From the NCBI GenBank assembly GCA_039195135.1, contig JBCCVP010000002.1, positions 11,841-75,840 of the forward strand: a stretch of DNA of 64,000 nt, given 5' to 3'. The notes beneath the pieces were generated by a model. That model was not told the origin of the DNA. It did no database searches and was given only the letters and a program-made list of their open reading frames with translations. The translations under genes and the position numbers were made by a program. Below are positions 28,679-38,980 of the stretch, one piece after another. Source of the DNA: Pseudomonadota bacterium. GTDB lineage: Bacteria; Pseudomonadota; Gammaproteobacteria; Xanthomonadales; SZUA-38. Positions within the stretch are counted from its first letter, which is position 1. Every line of letters begins with the position of its first letter.

Positions 28679-31600
28679 CTAGGGCAGCGGCTGGCCCGGG
28701 GACCAGGGCGCGCCGGCGTCGCGCAGCTTGCCCTCGAACGCGGGAATCTGTTCCTCCGTTAACGCCTTCAGGCGCGTGCGCAGCTCGGCAAACTGCGATT
28801 TTGCGAGGTCCAGGCTTGCCCGGTGCTCCGGCGTGGGACCACGCGTGGATCGCCCGGTGCCGAGCAGCACGTGGAACAGGCGGCCTCCAACACTGGGGTC
28901 GGTCAACGAGCCAAACGTATTACGGTCGGGACTCCCCGACAGTGCCAGCGTGATGTCTGCCAGCTCCTGGTCCAGGCCGTGGAGGTCCGCATCCAGCGCT
29001 CCGGGGGCAGCCTGGGCCCGACCCAGCGCTGCCCGCAGGCCTTTGAGCCGATCTCGCGTAACGCCGAGCAGCTGGCCCGCAGCGGTGCTCTGGCGCTGCA
29101 TAGCGCTCAGCTCATCCCAGAACGCAGCCACCTGGTCGTAGTCGGCCCCCGCCGGTGCATAAAGCGGCACCACCGCGACATCTACCGGCGACCCCAGGCC
29201 GGTGGACTCGCCGTCCACAACTTGGCTCATAGACACCTGATAGGTGCCCGGTGCCGCCAGAAAACCTACCGCGTCGGAAAAGTAGTCCCCGCCGACGCCT
29301 ACGGCCTGGGGTGCGGGGAAACGCAGATCCCAAGCAATGCGGTGGAACCCTTTCTTGGCCGGCCCCTCGAGGCGGCGCACCACGTTGCCGTCGGCGTCGC
29401 GCACGGTCAGCATGATCGTCGGCTCCCGCTCGCTGCGCTCCGCCGCGATTTCTTCCCAGCTCGGAAACGGTACGTCCTCATCCGCTTCCAGCGCTTTCTC
29501 CCGCGCCTTCCGGGCGGCCTTACGGGTCTTGAGATCTTCCGGCAGGTAGTAGGTGATCACCGCACCAAACGGCGGGTTTGGCGCCATGTAGAGCGAGTTG
29601 CCCTGGCTCGCCGTACCGCCACCCCCCAGCGGGGTTCGCTCGACATACCAGCGGGCATCCCGGGGTTTAAACAGCTGCGGGGAGTCCAGCGCGTCGGCGC
29701 TCAGGCCGCGCAGCGGTGAGTAGTCATCCAGGATGTAAAAGCCTCGACCAAAGGTTGCGCCGACCAGATCATTCTCCCGGCGCTGAATCGCCAGATCGCG
29801 GAACGCAATGGTCGGCACGCCGCCATCCAGCTCGACCCAGCGGGCGCCGCCGTCCAGGCTGAAAAACACCCCAAACTCGGTCCCGACAAACAGCAGGCTG
29901 GCCTGCTCGTGGTCCTGCACCAGACGCCAGACGAGGTGCCGGTCCGGCAGGTTGGCGGCGATGCTGCGCCAGCGCTTGCCCCGGTCGGTGCTTTTCAGCA
30001 GGTACGGCTTGTAGTCGCCATACTTGTGGTTGTCGAGCGCCACGTACACCGTGTCGGCGTCAAACAGATCGGCCTTGATATCGTTCACAAACGCCGTGTC
30101 CGGCACCCCGGGCAGGCTGCCCACCTCAATCTGCTGCCAGCTGTCGCCGCCGTTTTCACTGACCTGAATCAACCCGTCATCCGTGCCGGCGTAGAGCAGC
30201 CCTTCAACGAGCGGCGACTCCGCCAGCGAGGTGACGGTGTTGTACTGGGACATGGCGTACATGTCCCAGGGCGCGTCCACACTCTGCCGGCGCCCCATGA
30301 TCGGCAGCGTTTCGCGCTGCTGATCCCGGGTCAGGTCTCCGGAGATGGCGGTCCACTCATCGCCGCGGTTGTCCGACCGCCAAACCCGCTGGGAGGCGTG
30401 GTAGATGCGCGTGGGCGAGTGGGGGCTCACCAGAATCGGGGCATCCCAGTTGAACCGCTCCGGCGCATCGCCGGCCCGGGCCTGGGGCTTGATGTACACC
30501 ATTTCACCGGTATCCCGATGCACCCGCACCAGGTTGCCCTGCTGCCACTGGGAGTAAACGATGTTCGGATTGCCCGGTTCCGTGGCCGGCTGGTGGCCGT
30601 CACCAAACAGCGTGACGTACCAGTCGGCGTTGCGGATCCCGTTCACGTTGTCGGTGCGCGAGGGCCCGCCCTGGGTGTTGTTGTCCTGGGTGCCGCCGAA
30701 TACGTGATAGAACGGCTCCGCGTCATCCACCGCCACTTTGTAGTACTGCGTAATCGGCAGGTTGCCGACGTACTTCCAGGTTTTGGTGTGATCGAAGCTC
30801 TCGTAGAGACCGCCGTCGCTGCCGAAGATCACGTAGTCCGGGTTATCCGGACGAAAAGCGATCGCGTGATCATCACCGTGTTTGCCTTCGTTGTTAAGGC
30901 CTTTGAAGGTCACGCCGCCGTCGTCGGAAATCTGACTCGTATTGTTCATCAGGTAGAGCCGCCCCGGATGGTGCGGACTCACGTAGAGCTCCTGGTAATA
31001 ATGCGGGCCGGTGCCGCCGGACACCGTGTCGGAGCGCTTTTCCCAGGTGGCGCCGCGATCGGTAGACCGGTAGATGCCCCCCTCCCGCCGGTCGAGCTCA
31101 ATCGCCGCGTAAAGGGTGTCGGGGTTATGCGGGGAGATCGCCAGTCCAATCTTGCCCATGTTGCCGCTGGGCAGCCCCTGCTTGAGCTCCTCCCAGGTTC
31201 TGCCCCCGTCTTCCGACTTGTGGATGCGGGATTTTGGCCCGCCGCCCATGTAAGCCGCCACGGTACGGTGGTGCTGCCAGGTAGCGGCGTAGAGCACGTC
31301 CGGATCCCGCAGATCAATCACCAGGGACGCGGCACCGGTGTACGCATCGTCGCCAAGCGTGCGTTCCCAGGTTTCGCCGCCGTCCGTGGTCAGGTAAATG
31401 CCCCGCTCGCCGCCGGGATTCCACAGCGGGCCCTGGGAAGCCACCCAGACCGTGCCCGAGTCTTCCGGGTGCACAATAATCTGCGTGATGTGCTCGGAGG
31501 CGGGCAGTCCCCGGTTTTCCCAGTTGGCCCCGCCGTCCCGGCTCAGGTAAATGCCGTCACCGAAGCTGACATGGCGACCACCCACGTCTTCGCCGCTACC

Positions 31601-31924
31601 CACCCAGATGCGGTTGGGGTCGGACGGATCGATGGTCAGGGCGCCGATCGAGTACACCTTCTGCTTGTCGAACACCGGCGACCAGGTGGTACCGGCGTTG
31701 GTGGTTTTCCACACGCCGCCGGAGCCCACCGCCACGTACCAGGTGTTGGGATCTTGCGGATGCAGGTCGATGTCGGCAATGCGGCCGGACATGAAGGCCG
31801 GCCCAATGCCGCGCAGCTTCATGCCCTTGAAGTTGCCCGCAGTCAGCGGGCCTTCGCTATCGTCCTGCGCAAACGCCGGGAGGCTGCAGACAGCAAGGGC
31901 GATCAAAGCGATCAGATTTTTCAT
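28679..31924 (-). CDS. VPS10/sortilin-like BNR-repeat beta-propeller protein, secreted (paralog B)
   Basis: ATG 31924 with gagga RBS, 11 nt after the upstream stop. Signal peptide MKNLIALIALAVCSLPAFA. Repeated S-x-D-x-G-x-T-W (BNR/Asp-box) motifs: TNAGTTWSP, SRDGGANWEN, TTDGGETWER, SEDGGRTWEE, STDRGATWEK. Confidence 0.85.
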   Translation of the reverse strand: MKNLIALIALAVCSLPAFAQDDSEGPLTAGNFKGMKLRGIGPAFMSGRIADIDLHPQDPNTWYVAVGSGGVWKTTNAGTTWSPVFDKQKVYSIGALTIDPSDPNRIWVGSGEDVGGRHVSFGDGIYLSRDGGANWENRGLPASEHITQIIVHPEDSGTVWVASQGPLWNPGGERGIYLTTDGGETWERTLGDDAYTGAASLVIDLRDPDVLYAATWQHHRTVAAYMGGGPKSRIHKSEDGGRTWEELKQGLPSGNMGKIGLAISPHNPDTLYAAIELDRREGGIYRSTDRGATWEKRSDTVSGGTGPHYYQELYVSPHHPGRLYLMNNTSQISDDGGVTFKGLNNEGKHGDDHAIAFRPDNPDYVIFGSDGGLYESFDHTKTWKYVGNLPITQYYKVAVDDAEPFYHVFGGTQDNNTQGGPSRTDNVNGIRNADWYVTLFGDGHQPATEPGNPNIVYSQWQQGNLVRVHRDTGEMVYIKPQARAGDAPERFNWDAPILVSPHSPTRIYHASQRVWRSDNRGDEWTAISGDLTRDQQRETLPIMGRRQSVDAPWDMYAMSQYNTVTSLAESPLVEGLLYAGTDDGLIQVSENGGDSWQQIEVGSLPGVPDTAFVNDIKADLFDADTVYVALDNHKYGDYKPYLLKSTDRGKRWRSIAANLPDRHLVWRLVQDHEQASLLFVGTEFGVFFSLDGGARWVELDGGVPTIAFRDLAIQRRENDLVGATFGRGFYILDDYSPLRGLSADALDSPQLFKPRDARWYVERTPLGGGGTASQGNSLYMAPNPPFGAVITYYLPEDLKTRKAARKAREKALEADEDVPFPSWEEIAAERSEREPTIMLTVRDADGNVVRRLEGPAKKGFHRIAWDLRFPAPQAVGVGGDYFSDAVGFLAAPGTYQVSMSQVVDGESTGLGSPVDVAVVPLYAPAGADYDQVAAFWDELSAMQRQSTAAGQLLGVTRDRLKGLRAALGRAQAAPGALDADLHGLDQELADITLALSGSPDRNTFGSLTDPSVGGRLFHVLLGTGRSTRGPTPEHRASLDLAKSQFAELRTRLKALTEEQIPAFEGKLRDAGAPWSPGQPLP

Positions 31925-31935
31925 AGCACTCGTCC

Positions 31936-34900
31936 TCAATTTGCTGCCGGCGCGCGGCCCGGCGTCCAGGGTGCATCCGCTCCCAGCGCTGCGTCGATCG
32001 CGTCAAGCTCAGCGTTGGCCTGCGCCAGCTGCTGTTTGACCTCGCCCAGCTGCTGGCCCGCGATAGCCAGCGATGCCCGCTGATTGGGCGTGACCGCCGC
32101 CAGCGCATCCCAGTGGGCAAACTGGAAGTTACCCACCCGCCCGGCGATGGACATGGGCGTGGGTTCGGCAAGGCCTGCCACCACCCGGTCGCCACGCAGC
32201 GTGAGCGCCACCGCATCGAGGCTCTCCTCCACGGCCGCCAGCCGGGTGTAGAGCGCCGTGTCGCCCACCGGCCCATCGCGCAGCGCCGCCTTCAGGTGAT
32301 TAATTCGGCCGCTGAGTTCGCCGTGGAAGCCCACCGCGCTGTTGACGCCGCGGGCCAGATCGTTCGCCGCCGCCATCTCCTGGGCGTGCGCTTCGGCCGA
32401 CTCCGGCCGGAACTGGCCGCGCTCGAGCGTTTTCACCACAAACGTCTGGGCCTCGCCCACTTCGACCACCTCGCCGAGCTGCCGCTTGGCCATCTGTACC
32501 CGGTATTGCCCGGGTGCTACCAGCGGTCCCCGGGGACCCGAATCCCACGGCGCCCGGAAGCCCGGCGGATTCAGGTTTACGTTGTCCGGCGCCGGCAGCC
32601 GCAGGTTCCAGGCCACGCGATGCATACCTTTGCCCGCTGGGCCGGTGATGCGCCGCAGCAGGTTGTTGTCCGCGTCAAAGATGCTGAACTCGATGACCGG
32701 GTCGTCCTCGGCCGCTTCGGCCCGCAGATCGTCGACGGACGGATACGGGTTGTCCTCGCCGTCTTTCTGGCGTTTGCGTTCCGCGTCCCGGCGCTGGGCG
32801 TTCAGCGTTTTCAGCCCGTCCTTCAGGTAGTACGTAAACACCGCGCCGAAGTGCGGGTTGGGCGCCACGAAGTGCGTCTCGCCGAGGAACCCCTTCGGGC
32901 CATAGCCAAAGTAGTCGTCTTCGGCGTAGAGCCAGGTTTCTTTCACCGGGAATAGGTAGCCTTCGCCGGCCTGCACCTCATCCCGGGCGACGCGCAGCGG
33001 CGTGTAGTCATCAAGGATGCGGATGCCGCGGCCGAAGGTGCCCAGCACCACGTCGTTTTCGCGGCGCTGAAGCTCCATGTCGCGCACGGCGATAGTGGGC
33101 ATGCCGCCGGTGAGCTCACCCCAGTTTTCCCCACCGTCCTGCGTGTAATACACGCCAAATTCGGTACCTGCGAACAGCAGGTTGGGATTGACGTGGTCTT
33201 CCACAACCGTGTGCACGGTGCCGCGCTCCGGCAGGTTGCCGACAATCGAGGTCCAGCTGTTGCCGCGGTCGTCGCTGCGCAGCAGATAGGGTTTGAAGTC
33301 GCCCTGCTTGTGGTTGTCAAACGCCGCGTAGACCCGATCTGCGTTGTGCTGCGACACCGCAATATCGCCGACGTAGGTCATGTCGGGCACCCGGCCGAAG
33401 CGGTCTTCCCGGCGCCAGTTTTCGCCGCCGTCTTCGCTCACCTGGATCAGACCGTCGTCGGTGCCGACGTACATCAGGCCTTCCTCCAGCGGGCTTTCCT
33501 CCAGCGAGATGATCGAGCCGTACATGGAGGTGGAGTCGTTCTTGGCTACCGCGTCCACACCCCAGATCCTGCCCATCACTTCGAGCGCGTTGCGGTCCAG
33601 CTGGCGGGTCAGGTCCGGCGACATGGCTCGCCAGCTGGCGCCCCCGTTGTCGCTGACAAACACCTTCTCCGCGGCGTAGTAGAGCCGCTGGGAGTTATGC
33701 GGGCTGATGAGCAGCGCCGAGTTCCAGTTCCACTTGTAGTTGTTTTCGTCGGCGGCCGGCATCGGAGTGATGATCACCCGCTCGAAACTCTGCCGGTCGA
33801 AACGCGCGAGCGATCCGTACTGAAGCTGCGAGTAAACGGTGTCGGGGTTGGTGGGATCCACCTGGGTTTTAAAACCGTCACCGCCCAGGGTGAAGGTCCA
33901 GTCCTGGTTGGCGATGCCGTAGGAAAACGTCGTGCGCGACGGTGCGCCAAGCGAAGAGTTGTCCTGGGTGCCGCCGTACACGTTGTAGAAGGGAAAATCG
34001 TTGTCCGGCGTGGCGCGGTAGAACTGGGTAATCGGCAGGTTCTGCACAAACCGCCAGTTAGCGCCGCCGTCCCAGGATTCGTAGATACCGCCATCGTTGC
34101 CGGTAATCAGGTGGGCCGTGTTGGCCGGATCGATAAACAGCGCGTGCTCATCCACATGCTTGTGGGCGCCGCCGACCCGGGAAAAGCTTTTCCCGCCGTC
34201 GTTGGACACCCGCATGAATGTGTCCATGGAAAAGAGCCGGTTGGGGTTCTTCGGATCCACCACCAGCTCGTTGTAGTACTGGGGGCTGCTGGCCATGTAG
34301 TCCGACTGCTTGGACCAGCTGGCGCCAAAATCGCTCGACCGGTAAACGCCTTCATGCTTATCGTCAGTCTCGATAATGGCGTACACCACGTCGGGCGCCG
34401 ACGGCGCGAAGGCCAGCCCCACCCGGCCCATATCGTGCGGCGGCAATCCGGCGGTAATCTCGCTGAAGGTCTCGCCCCCATCGGTGGAGCGGTAAACACC
34501 GCTGCCGGGACCGCCGTTGATCAGGGTCCACACGTGGCGTCGGCGCTGGTAGGTGGACGCAAGCACCAGGTTGGGCCGGTCCGGATGAATCAGCACGTCA
34601 TTTGCGCCGGTGTGTTCGTCTACCGAGAGCACCTGGTCCCAGGTTTCGCCGCCGTCCCGGGTGCGATAAACGCCCCGGTCGCCGCCCTCGCTCCACAGCG
34701 GTCCCTGGGCCGCGACAAACACCACGTTCGAATCATCCGGATGGATGCTGATGTCGCCAATGTGCTCGGAGTCCTTCAACCCCACGTTTTTCCAGCTGGC
34801 GCCGCCGTCCACCGATTTGTAGACGCCGTCGCCGTAGGCCACCGACCGCTGGCTGTTGTTTTCGCCGGTCCCCACCCAGACCACGTTGGGATTGGCCGGG

Positions 34901-35187
34901 TCCAGCTCCACCACGCCGATGGAATAGGAGCCTTCGTTGTCGAAGATCGGCTTCCAGGTGATGCCGCCGTTGTTCGTCTTCCACAGCCCGCCGGAAGCGG
35001 TGGCGGCGTAGAACACGTGCCAGCCGGCGGGATGCATCGCAAAATCACTGATGCGGCCGGAAGTGATGGCGGGCCCAATATCGCGGAATTTCAGTCCCGC
35101 AGCGTAGGAAGTCAGGGGGTTGTCCTGCGCACTCACGGGCGCCGACAGGCTGGCGGCCAGAAGCGCCGCGAAGGTAAGGTTTCTCAA
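31936..35187 (-). CDS. VPS10/sortilin-like BNR-repeat beta-propeller protein, secreted (paralog A)
   Basis: TTG start at 35187, preceded by aagaggaaacc. Signal peptide MRNLTFAALLAASLSAPVSA. Asp-box repeats: NNGGITWKP, SVDGGASWKN, TRDGGETWDQ, STDGGETFSE, SSDFGASWSK. Collinear with paralog B throughout. Confidence 0.85.
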   Translation of the reverse strand: MRNLTFAALLAASLSAPVSAQDNPLTSYAAGLKFRDIGPAITSGRISDFAMHPAGWHVFYAATASGGLWKTNNGGITWKPIFDNEGSYSIGVVELDPANPNVVWVGTGENNSQRSVAYGDGVYKSVDGGASWKNVGLKDSEHIGDISIHPDDSNVVFVAAQGPLWSEGGDRGVYRTRDGGETWDQVLSVDEHTGANDVLIHPDRPNLVLASTYQRRRHVWTLINGGPGSGVYRSTDGGETFSEITAGLPPHDMGRVGLAFAPSAPDVVYAIIETDDKHEGVYRSSDFGASWSKQSDYMASSPQYYNELVVDPKNPNRLFSMDTFMRVSNDGGKSFSRVGGAHKHVDEHALFIDPANTAHLITGNDGGIYESWDGGANWRFVQNLPITQFYRATPDNDFPFYNVYGGTQDNSSLGAPSRTTFSYGIANQDWTFTLGGDGFKTQVDPTNPDTVYSQLQYGSLARFDRQSFERVIITPMPAADENNYKWNWNSALLISPHNSQRLYYAAEKVFVSDNGGASWRAMSPDLTRQLDRNALEVMGRIWGVDAVAKNDSTSMYGSIISLEESPLEEGLMYVGTDDGLIQVSEDGGENWRREDRFGRVPDMTYVGDIAVSQHNADRVYAAFDNHKQGDFKPYLLRSDDRGNSWTSIVGNLPERGTVHTVVEDHVNPNLLFAGTEFGVYYTQDGGENWGELTGGMPTIAVRDMELQRRENDVVLGTFGRGIRILDDYTPLRVARDEVQAGEGYLFPVKETWLYAEDDYFGYGPKGFLGETHFVAPNPHFGAVFTYYLKDGLKTLNAQRRDAERKRQKDGEDNPYPSVDDLRAEAAEDDPVIEFSIFDADNNLLRRITGPAGKGMHRVAWNLRLPAPDNVNLNPPGFRAPWDSGPRGPLVAPGQYRVQMAKRQLGEVVEVGEAQTFVVKTLERGQFRPESAEAHAQEMAAANDLARGVNSAVGFHGELSGRINHLKAALRDGPVGDTALYTRLAAVEESLDAVALTLRGDRVVAGLAEPTPMSIAGRVGNFQFAHWDALAAVTPNQRASLAIAGQQLGEVKQQLAQANAELDAIDAALGADAPWTPGRAPAAN

Positions 35188-35340
35188 TGTGGTTTCCTCT
35201 TAGGGATAGCAGCCGCCCCAAGCTGCAGCGGGGCGGTCGGCATCGACCGGGCGGCCAACAGGCGCACCTGCGCCGGAAGATCCGGCGGTGACTATAGAAT
35301 TGTCGTCCCCTTGTTGCAAAAAAAGCGGCTGACGCGATAG

Positions 35341-35616
35341 ATGCAAAACTTCATCGAAAGCGGCGCAATTGTCATATTGATGCTCGTGGTGGTGGCGCTG
35401 GAAGCCGTGGCCCTGATCGTCTACTTCCGGCGCACCGGCCGCGGCATCGCGCCGCTTAAGCTGCTCACCAACCTCGGCGCCGGCACCAGCCTGATGCTCG
35501 CGCTGGGCAGCGTGCTGTATGCCTATCCCTGGTGGACCACGGCGGCGCTGCTGGTGCTTTCGGCGGTATTTCACACCGCGGACCTGGTCTGCCGCTGGCA
35601 CGGCGACAACACCTGA
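35341..35616 (+). CDS. hypothetical small membrane protein (3 TM helices)
   Basis: 91-aa ORF with hydrophobic helices and ATG start. No recognisable family. Confidence 0.45.
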   Translation: MQNFIESGAIVILMLVVVALEAVALIVYFRRTGRGIAPLKLLTNLGAGTSLMLALGSVLYAYPWWTTAALLVLSAVFHTADLVCRWHGDNT

Positions 35617-35660
35617 CGAAGGTACCATGCAGTCATCACCGAGACTCGAGGAGAAGTGAC

Positions 35661-36578
35661 GTGACGCGAACCGGCCTGCTTGCCCTGGCCGCGCTGCTGG
35701 CGACCGCCAGCTTCGAGCCAAGCCACGCCGAAGATTGGAAATCGGGTTTTGCCGACAGTCCGGACGGGACTCAGATCGCCTACTACGTGCTTGGCAACCT
35801 GAAAGCGGCAACCCCGCTGCTGGTGGTTTCCGGCGGCCCCGGCAGCGACCACCGATATATGCGGGTCGGCGGCAGCTTTGCGCGGCTGGCGGCGAACCGT
35901 GCGGTAATCATGTTTGACCAGCGGGGCACGTCAAAATCAGGCCCGGTCAGCGGTGAGCCAAAGCTCCGGCAGTGGACCGAAGATGTCGAAGCCGTTCGTC
36001 AGACCCTAAAAGCGCCGTCGCTGCATCTGCTGGGCCATTCCTTCGGCGGCCTGGTGGTGATGGACTATGCGCGCCGGTTCCCCACCCACATTGCGTCCAT
36101 GGCGCTGGTGGACTCCACCGCCGCAACGCTGGCGGGCACGCAGCAGCTGCTGGCGGACGTGTTTCCGGACCGGGTGGATCGGTGGCGCGAGGTGCGGCAG
36201 AACCTGACGCCCCGCTTTAAGGCCTCCGACATCGAGGTGTTCACCCGCATGGAATTTGTCGACCCGGACGCCCGGGACCGCTTTCTGGCTGCCATTGCCG
36301 GGTACACCTACAACATCGAGGTGAACAACGCCCTGCGCGTGGATCTCGCCGGGCAGGATTTCAGCGACACGCTGGCCAGCTTCCACAAGCCAGCGCTGGT
36401 GGTGCACGGCCGCTTCGACGCAATCATTGCGCCGGCAACCTCCTGGGAACTGCACCAGGCGCTGCCCAGCTCGCGGCTGGCTATGATTGAACGCGCCGGG
36501 CACCTGCCGTTTGCCGAGCGGCCGGCAGCTTTTGTCGAAGCGGTGGAGACTTTTCTCGACGCGGCGGAATCGCCCTGA
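35661..36578 (+). CDS. secreted alpha/beta hydrolase (proline iminopeptidase-like)
   Basis: Start re-called to GTG 35661, 6 nt after gaggaga. Signal peptide VTRTGLLALAALLATASFEPSHA. Oxyanion SGGPGS, nucleophile elbow GHSFGG, C-terminal GH (AGHLPF). Confidence 0.85.
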   Translation: MTRTGLLALAALLATASFEPSHAEDWKSGFADSPDGTQIAYYVLGNLKAATPLLVVSGGPGSDHRYMRVGGSFARLAANRAVIMFDQRGTSKSGPVSGEPKLRQWTEDVEAVRQTLKAPSLHLLGHSFGGLVVMDYARRFPTHIASMALVDSTAATLAGTQQLLADVFPDRVDRWREVRQNLTPRFKASDIEVFTRMEFVDPDARDRFLAAIAGYTYNIEVNNALRVDLAGQDFSDTLASFHKPALVVHGRFDAIIAPATSWELHQALPSSRLAMIERAGHLPFAERPAAFVEAVETFLDAAESP

Positions 36579-36590
36579 CTCAATACTGGC

Positions 36591-37355
36591 CTAGCGGGCT
36601 GCGGTCGCGGTATCACCCACCGCCGTCGCCCCTCGGGCCTTGCGGGCCGCAACCCGGCGCCGGGCCAGCATGATGCGGGCCTGGTGGTAAATGAGGTAGA
36701 TCACCCCCAGCGTACAGGGGGTTGCCCAAACCGCCGGGCTGAAGGCCAGGGCGGGCACGTAGTTCACCGCGCCGAAGGCAAGAAAAGCCGTGTAAACGGA
36801 AATACCCGCGCCCACCAGGCCCCGGGAGTGCTGCACCAGCCACTCATTCATGGGCGGGTTTTCGCGCAGAATAAATCGCGTATTGAGCACGCCCGCGGCG
36901 AGCCCCACGATGGCCATGCCGATCAGCAGCGGCTGATTCAGGGACCAGCCCTGCGCGGCGCAGTTGAAAGCGGTCAGGAAGGTGGCAGCCTGCCAGAACA
37001 GGTTGCCGGGCGTACGGTTACCCGCATGGTTACCGCGGTTCTGCACACAAAGCCGGCCGTAGCGCGACAGATTGATAGTCATCACGGCCAGATACAGCAT
37101 CATCCAGCCAAACACGCCGCGCACCAGCGCCGCATCATCCCAGAACGGGTGCGTTTCCAGCGGCGCAGCGAGCGTGCACAGGCTGATGCCCACGGCAAAG
37201 CCGCCGGTCAGCAGCAAAGACCACGCAAAAACCTTGCCCCAAAGTTTGTGATTGACGCTGCCCTTGCGGCCTACGATCGGCACCCACAGCGTGATCAACC
37301 CGACGGTTCCGGTCACGATGTGGGCGATCACGAGCCCATGAAAAAGCTGCACCAT
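36591..37355 (-). CDS. hypothetical polytopic membrane protein (~7 TM)
   Basis: 254-aa ORF with regularly spaced hydrophobic helices and a basic C-terminal tail. Family not recognised. Confidence 0.6.
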   Translation of the reverse strand: MVQLFHGLVIAHIVTGTVGLITLWVPIVGRKGSVNHKLWGKVFAWSLLLTGGFAVGISLCTLAAPLETHPFWDDAALVRGVFGWMMLYLAVMTINLSRYGRLCVQNRGNHAGNRTPGNLFWQAATFLTAFNCAAQGWSLNQPLLIGMAIVGLAAGVLNTRFILRENPPMNEWLVQHSRGLVGAGISVYTAFLAFGAVNYVPALAFSPAVWATPCTLGVIYLIYHQARIMLARRRVAARKARGATAVGDTATAAR

Positions 37356-37459
37356 TTGACCTAAATTCTCACTAACCCCTGGCGCTGATGTCCAGTCGTC
37401 GTTACATTGCTTTGTGTCATTCTATTGCTGACACCCCAAAGGTCAAACAGGAGCTAATT

Positions 37460-38980
37460 GTGAGCAAAGCCATCGTCATTGGCAGTGGCTTCGGCGGGCT
37501 CGCAGCGGCGGTGCGGCTGCAGGCCCGGGGCTACCAGGTCACGGTGTGCGAGCAGCTGGATGCCCCCGGCGGCCGGGCCTACGTCTATCGCCAGGACGGT
37601 TTCACCTTTGATGCCGGCCCGACCATTGTCACCGCCCCGTTTCTGCTGGAAGAACTCTGGCAGCTGAGCGGTCGCAATATGGCTGATGACGTCACCCTGG
37701 TGCCCATGGACCCGTTCTACCGAATCCGGTTTCACGATGGCACCCACTTTGACTACAGCGCCGACGACGAGGCGATGAAAGCGCAGATCAGCAAGTTCAG
37801 CCCCGCGGATGCCGCCGCCTTCGACGGGTTCATGCGCATCAGCCGCCGCCTCTACGAGGTGGGTTTTGACGACCTCATGTACGAGTCGTTCCACCGTTTC
37901 AAAAAAATGCTGACAACGCTGCCTGACCTGTTTCGCACCCGGTTCTACAAAACGGTGTACGGCATGGTGAAAAGCATCTTCAAGCATTCGAAGATTCGCC
38001 AGGTGTTCAGCTTTCACCCGCTGCTGATCGGCGGCAACCCGATGACGACCACGGCCATTTATCTCCTGATTGCGCACCTCGAGCGGAGTCACGGCGTGCA
38101 CTACGCCATGGGCGGCACGGGGGCGATCGTCCAGGGGCTGGTCAAACTGATCGAGACGCAGGGCGGCAGCGTGCGCTGCAGCGCTCCGGTCGAGGAAATT
38201 CTTGTCGAAGGAGGCGCGGCCCAGGGCGTGCGGCTCAAAAACGGCGAGACGCTGACAGCGGACGTGGTTGTTTCCAACGCCGACAGCGCCACCACCTATC
38301 GGGACCTGCTGGCGGAGAAACACCGCCGCCGCTGGACCGACCGGCGGCTGGCGCGCACCCGGTATTCGATGAGTCTGGTCGTCTGGTACTTCGGCACCCG
38401 ACGGCAGTATCCCGACGTGCCGCATCACCTGATTTCGCTGGGGCCGCGCTACGAAGGCCTGCTGAAGGATATTTTCAAACGAAAGGTGCTGGCGAAAGAC
38501 TTCAGCGTCTATCTGCACCGGCCCACGGCCACCGATCCGAGCATGGCGCCGGAAGGCTGTGATGCGTTTTACGTGCTTTCGCCGGTGCCCAACCTGCAAT
38601 CGGGCATCGACTGGACGACGCAGGGGGAACCCTACCGGGCCGCGATTCAGCAGTCGCTGGAGGAGACGGTGCTGCCTGGCCTGGGCGAGAACCTGGTGAC
38701 CTCCCACCTGCTGACGCCGCAGGACTTTAAGGATCGCCTGAGCTCCGTGCAGGGCGCCGCCTTCGGCATGGAGCCCATCCTCACCCAGACCGCCTGGTTC
38801 CGACCGCACAACATCAGCGAGGAGATCCGCGGGCTTTATCTGGTCGGCGCCGGCACCCATCCCGGGGCGGGCATGCCAGGAGTGATCTCCTCCGCCAAGG
38901 TATTGGAAAACCTCGTGCCCGAGGTCCGTAAAACGGTCCGCCCAACCGCCGGATCCGGGTCAGATCCACTCGGGGTCTGA
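37460..38980 (+). CDS. crtI: phytoene desaturase (CrtI family)
   Basis: Start re-called to GTG 37460 after caggag. N-terminus KAIVIGSGFGGLAAAVRLQARGYQVTVCEQLDAPGGRAYVYRQDGFTFDAGPT. C-terminal motif LYLVGAGTHPGAGMPGV. The stop TGA (38978-80) lies inside a REP element. Confidence 0.85.
   Translation: MSKAIVIGSGFGGLAAAVRLQARGYQVTVCEQLDAPGGRAYVYRQDGFTFDAGPTIVTAPFLLEELWQLSGRNMADDVTLVPMDPFYRIRFHDGTHFDYSADDEAMKAQISKFSPADAAAFDGFMRISRRLYEVGFDDLMYESFHRFKKMLTTLPDLFRTRFYKTVYGMVKSIFKHSKIRQVFSFHPLLIGGNPMTTTAIYLLIAHLERSHGVHYAMGGTGAIVQGLVKLIETQGGSVRCSAPVEEILVEGGAAQGVRLKNGETLTADVVVSNADSATTYRDLLAEKHRRRWTDRRLARTRYSMSLVVWYFGTRRQYPDVPHHLISLGPRYEGLLKDIFKRKVLAKDFSVYLHRPTATDPSMAPEGCDAFYVLSPVPNLQSGIDWTTQGEPYRAAIQQSLEETVLPGLGENLVTSHLLTPQDFKDRLSSVQGAAFGMEPILTQTAWFRPHNISEEIRGLYLVGAGTHPGAGMPGVISSAKVLENLVPEVRKTVRPTAGSGSDPLGV

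Noticed and set aside
29909-35340. Two >700-aa plus-strand ORFs (29909-32083 and 33193-35340)
   Set aside because: Both are antisense shadows of the two VPS10/BNR genes, whose Asp-box repeats and signal peptides clearly mark the minus strand as coding.
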